DNA from: Actinomycetota bacterium
GTDB lineage: Bacteria > Actinomycetota > Actinomycetes > S36-B12 > UBA5976
Length of the DNA stretch: 27,877 bases
Assembly (NCBI GenBank): GCA_947476765.1
Contig: CANJRK010000001.1
Location: 1-27,877, forward strand
Reading direction: 5' to 3'
This document shows positions 27,014 through 27,877 of the stretch, in pieces. Under the pieces are notes generated by a model, which had not been told where the DNA came from, did no database searches, and was given only the letters and a program-made list of their open reading frames with translations. The position numbers and the translations under genes are program-made. Numbering within the stretch: position 1 is the stretch's first letter; each line of letters opens with the position of its first letter.

Positions 27014-27877
27014 GTGCCCCAAATTCGCTTGGCGTTAGCGCAAATAAACCCAGTTGTGGGTGATCTCAGTGGCAACGCGGACAAATGTCTGCAAGCAGTT
27101 AAATCTGCAGCTGCCCAAGGCGCCGATGTTGTTGTGCTACCAGAAATGGTTATTACCGGATATCCAGTTGAAGATTTGGCATTGCGGCCCTCATTTCAGC
27201 TAGCTTCACAAGTCACCACTGCAGAATTTGCAAAGTCCTTAAAGTTAGCCGGACTAGGAAGTGTTTTAGTTTTCGTAGGATATCTGCGCGGCACCAGCGA
27301 CACTGAGGCTAAAACCCTTGGCGTTCCCCGCGGCGGACCGATGAACTGCGCTGCAGTTATATACGACGGTGATGTCCAGGCAAGTTATGCCAAACATCAC
27401 TTGCCTAACTACGGCGTATTCGATGAATACCGATATTTCGTACCAGGAAACAGTTCTGTTCTTGTGCGGGCATTCGGTGTGGACATTGCGGTAGCAATTT
27501 GTGAAGACTTATGGCAAGACGGCGGTCCCGTGGCTCAAGTCAAGCGCAATGGCGCTGGCCTGTTGGTAGTACTAAATGGTTCACCGTACGAACGTGATAA
27601 AGATGACGTGCGCTTGGAATTAGTTAGTCGCCGAGCCAAAGAAGCCGATGCCACGTTGGCATACGTAAATATGGTGGGCGGTCAAGATGAACTTGTCTTT
27701 GAAGGCGACTCAATAATCGTTTCCAAAACTGGCCAAGTATTGATGCGGGCCGCTCAGTTTGAATCAGATATGTTGATCGCTGACCTTGAGTTGCCATCAG
27801 CTGGCAAAACGGATGTCCTGGCAAGTGGTGAACCCGTAATTATTTTGCCGAGCTCTGCCGTACATGATCATTCCGCC
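27014..27877 (+). CDS. nadE: Glutamine-dependent NAD+ synthetase, N-terminal nitrilase domain (partial, runs off the window)
   Basis: MPQIRLALAQINPVVGDL..PEMVITGYPVEDL..AKHHLPNYGVFDE..ICEDLW (E-K-C triad). Absent from the ORF track because it has no stop in the window. Confidence 0.95.
   Translation, partial: MPQIRLALAQINPVVGDLSGNADKCLQAVKSAAAQGADVVVLPEMVITGYPVEDLALRPSFQLASQVTTAEFAKSLKLAGLGSVLVFVGYLRGTSDTEAKTLGVPRGGPMNCAAVIYDGDVQASYAKHHLPNYGVFDEYRYFVPGNSSVLVRAFGVDIAVAICEDLWQDGGPVAQVKRNGAGLLVVLNGSPYERDKDDVRLELVSRRAKEADATLAYVNMVGGQDELVFEGDSIIVSKTGQVLMRAAQFESDMLIADLELPSAGKTDVLASGEPVIILPSSAVHDHSA

Noticed and set aside
1-27877. CRISPR arrays, tRNA/rRNA genes, IS elements, integrases, known riboswitches
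   Set aside because: No repeat-spacer array, cloverleaf or transposase/recombinase motif was seen, and no leader matched a riboswitch consensus I can recognise by eye. An Infernal/Rfam scan would be needed to exclude the last.

Overview
Housekeeping stretch of an actinobacterial chromosome. Low-to-moderate GC (about 50% by eye), very short intergenic gaps and overlapping genes suggest a streamlined lineage; a freshwater Nanopelagicales-like organism is an inference only. The backbone is the familiar actinobacterial gene order sucB/dlaT(3' end)-TIGR01777-lipB-lipA-DUF4191-RDD-glnA ... glnE-glnA2-nadE(5' part). Accessory genes are interleaved: a flavin oxidoreductase, an MMPL+PepE pair, two unknown membrane proteins, a CE4 deacetylase, an S9 peptidase, an orphan EctC-type cupin, AKR, GNAT, two MFS, an XRE-HTH plus hypothetical in an AT-rich ~1 kb low-coding segment, a non-canonical NRAMP, BioY, an OCD/mu-crystallin enzyme and a class I GATase. 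The regulatory sequence is very legible. There is a four-pentamer GlnR box at glnA, a GlnR-like repeat with the same geometry at glnA2, and about a dozen genes with a -10 hexamer 6-7 nt before the start codon (leaderless architecture), two of them built from the upstream gene's stop codon. No rRNA, tRNA, CRISPR, transposase or integrase was seen. I cannot demonstrate a new system. The best leads are the orphan EctC lacking the canonical Trp, the structured 18.0-19.0 kb segment (HTH, hypothetical, orphan terminator, hairpins, C11 tract) and the glnA2-GATase pair.
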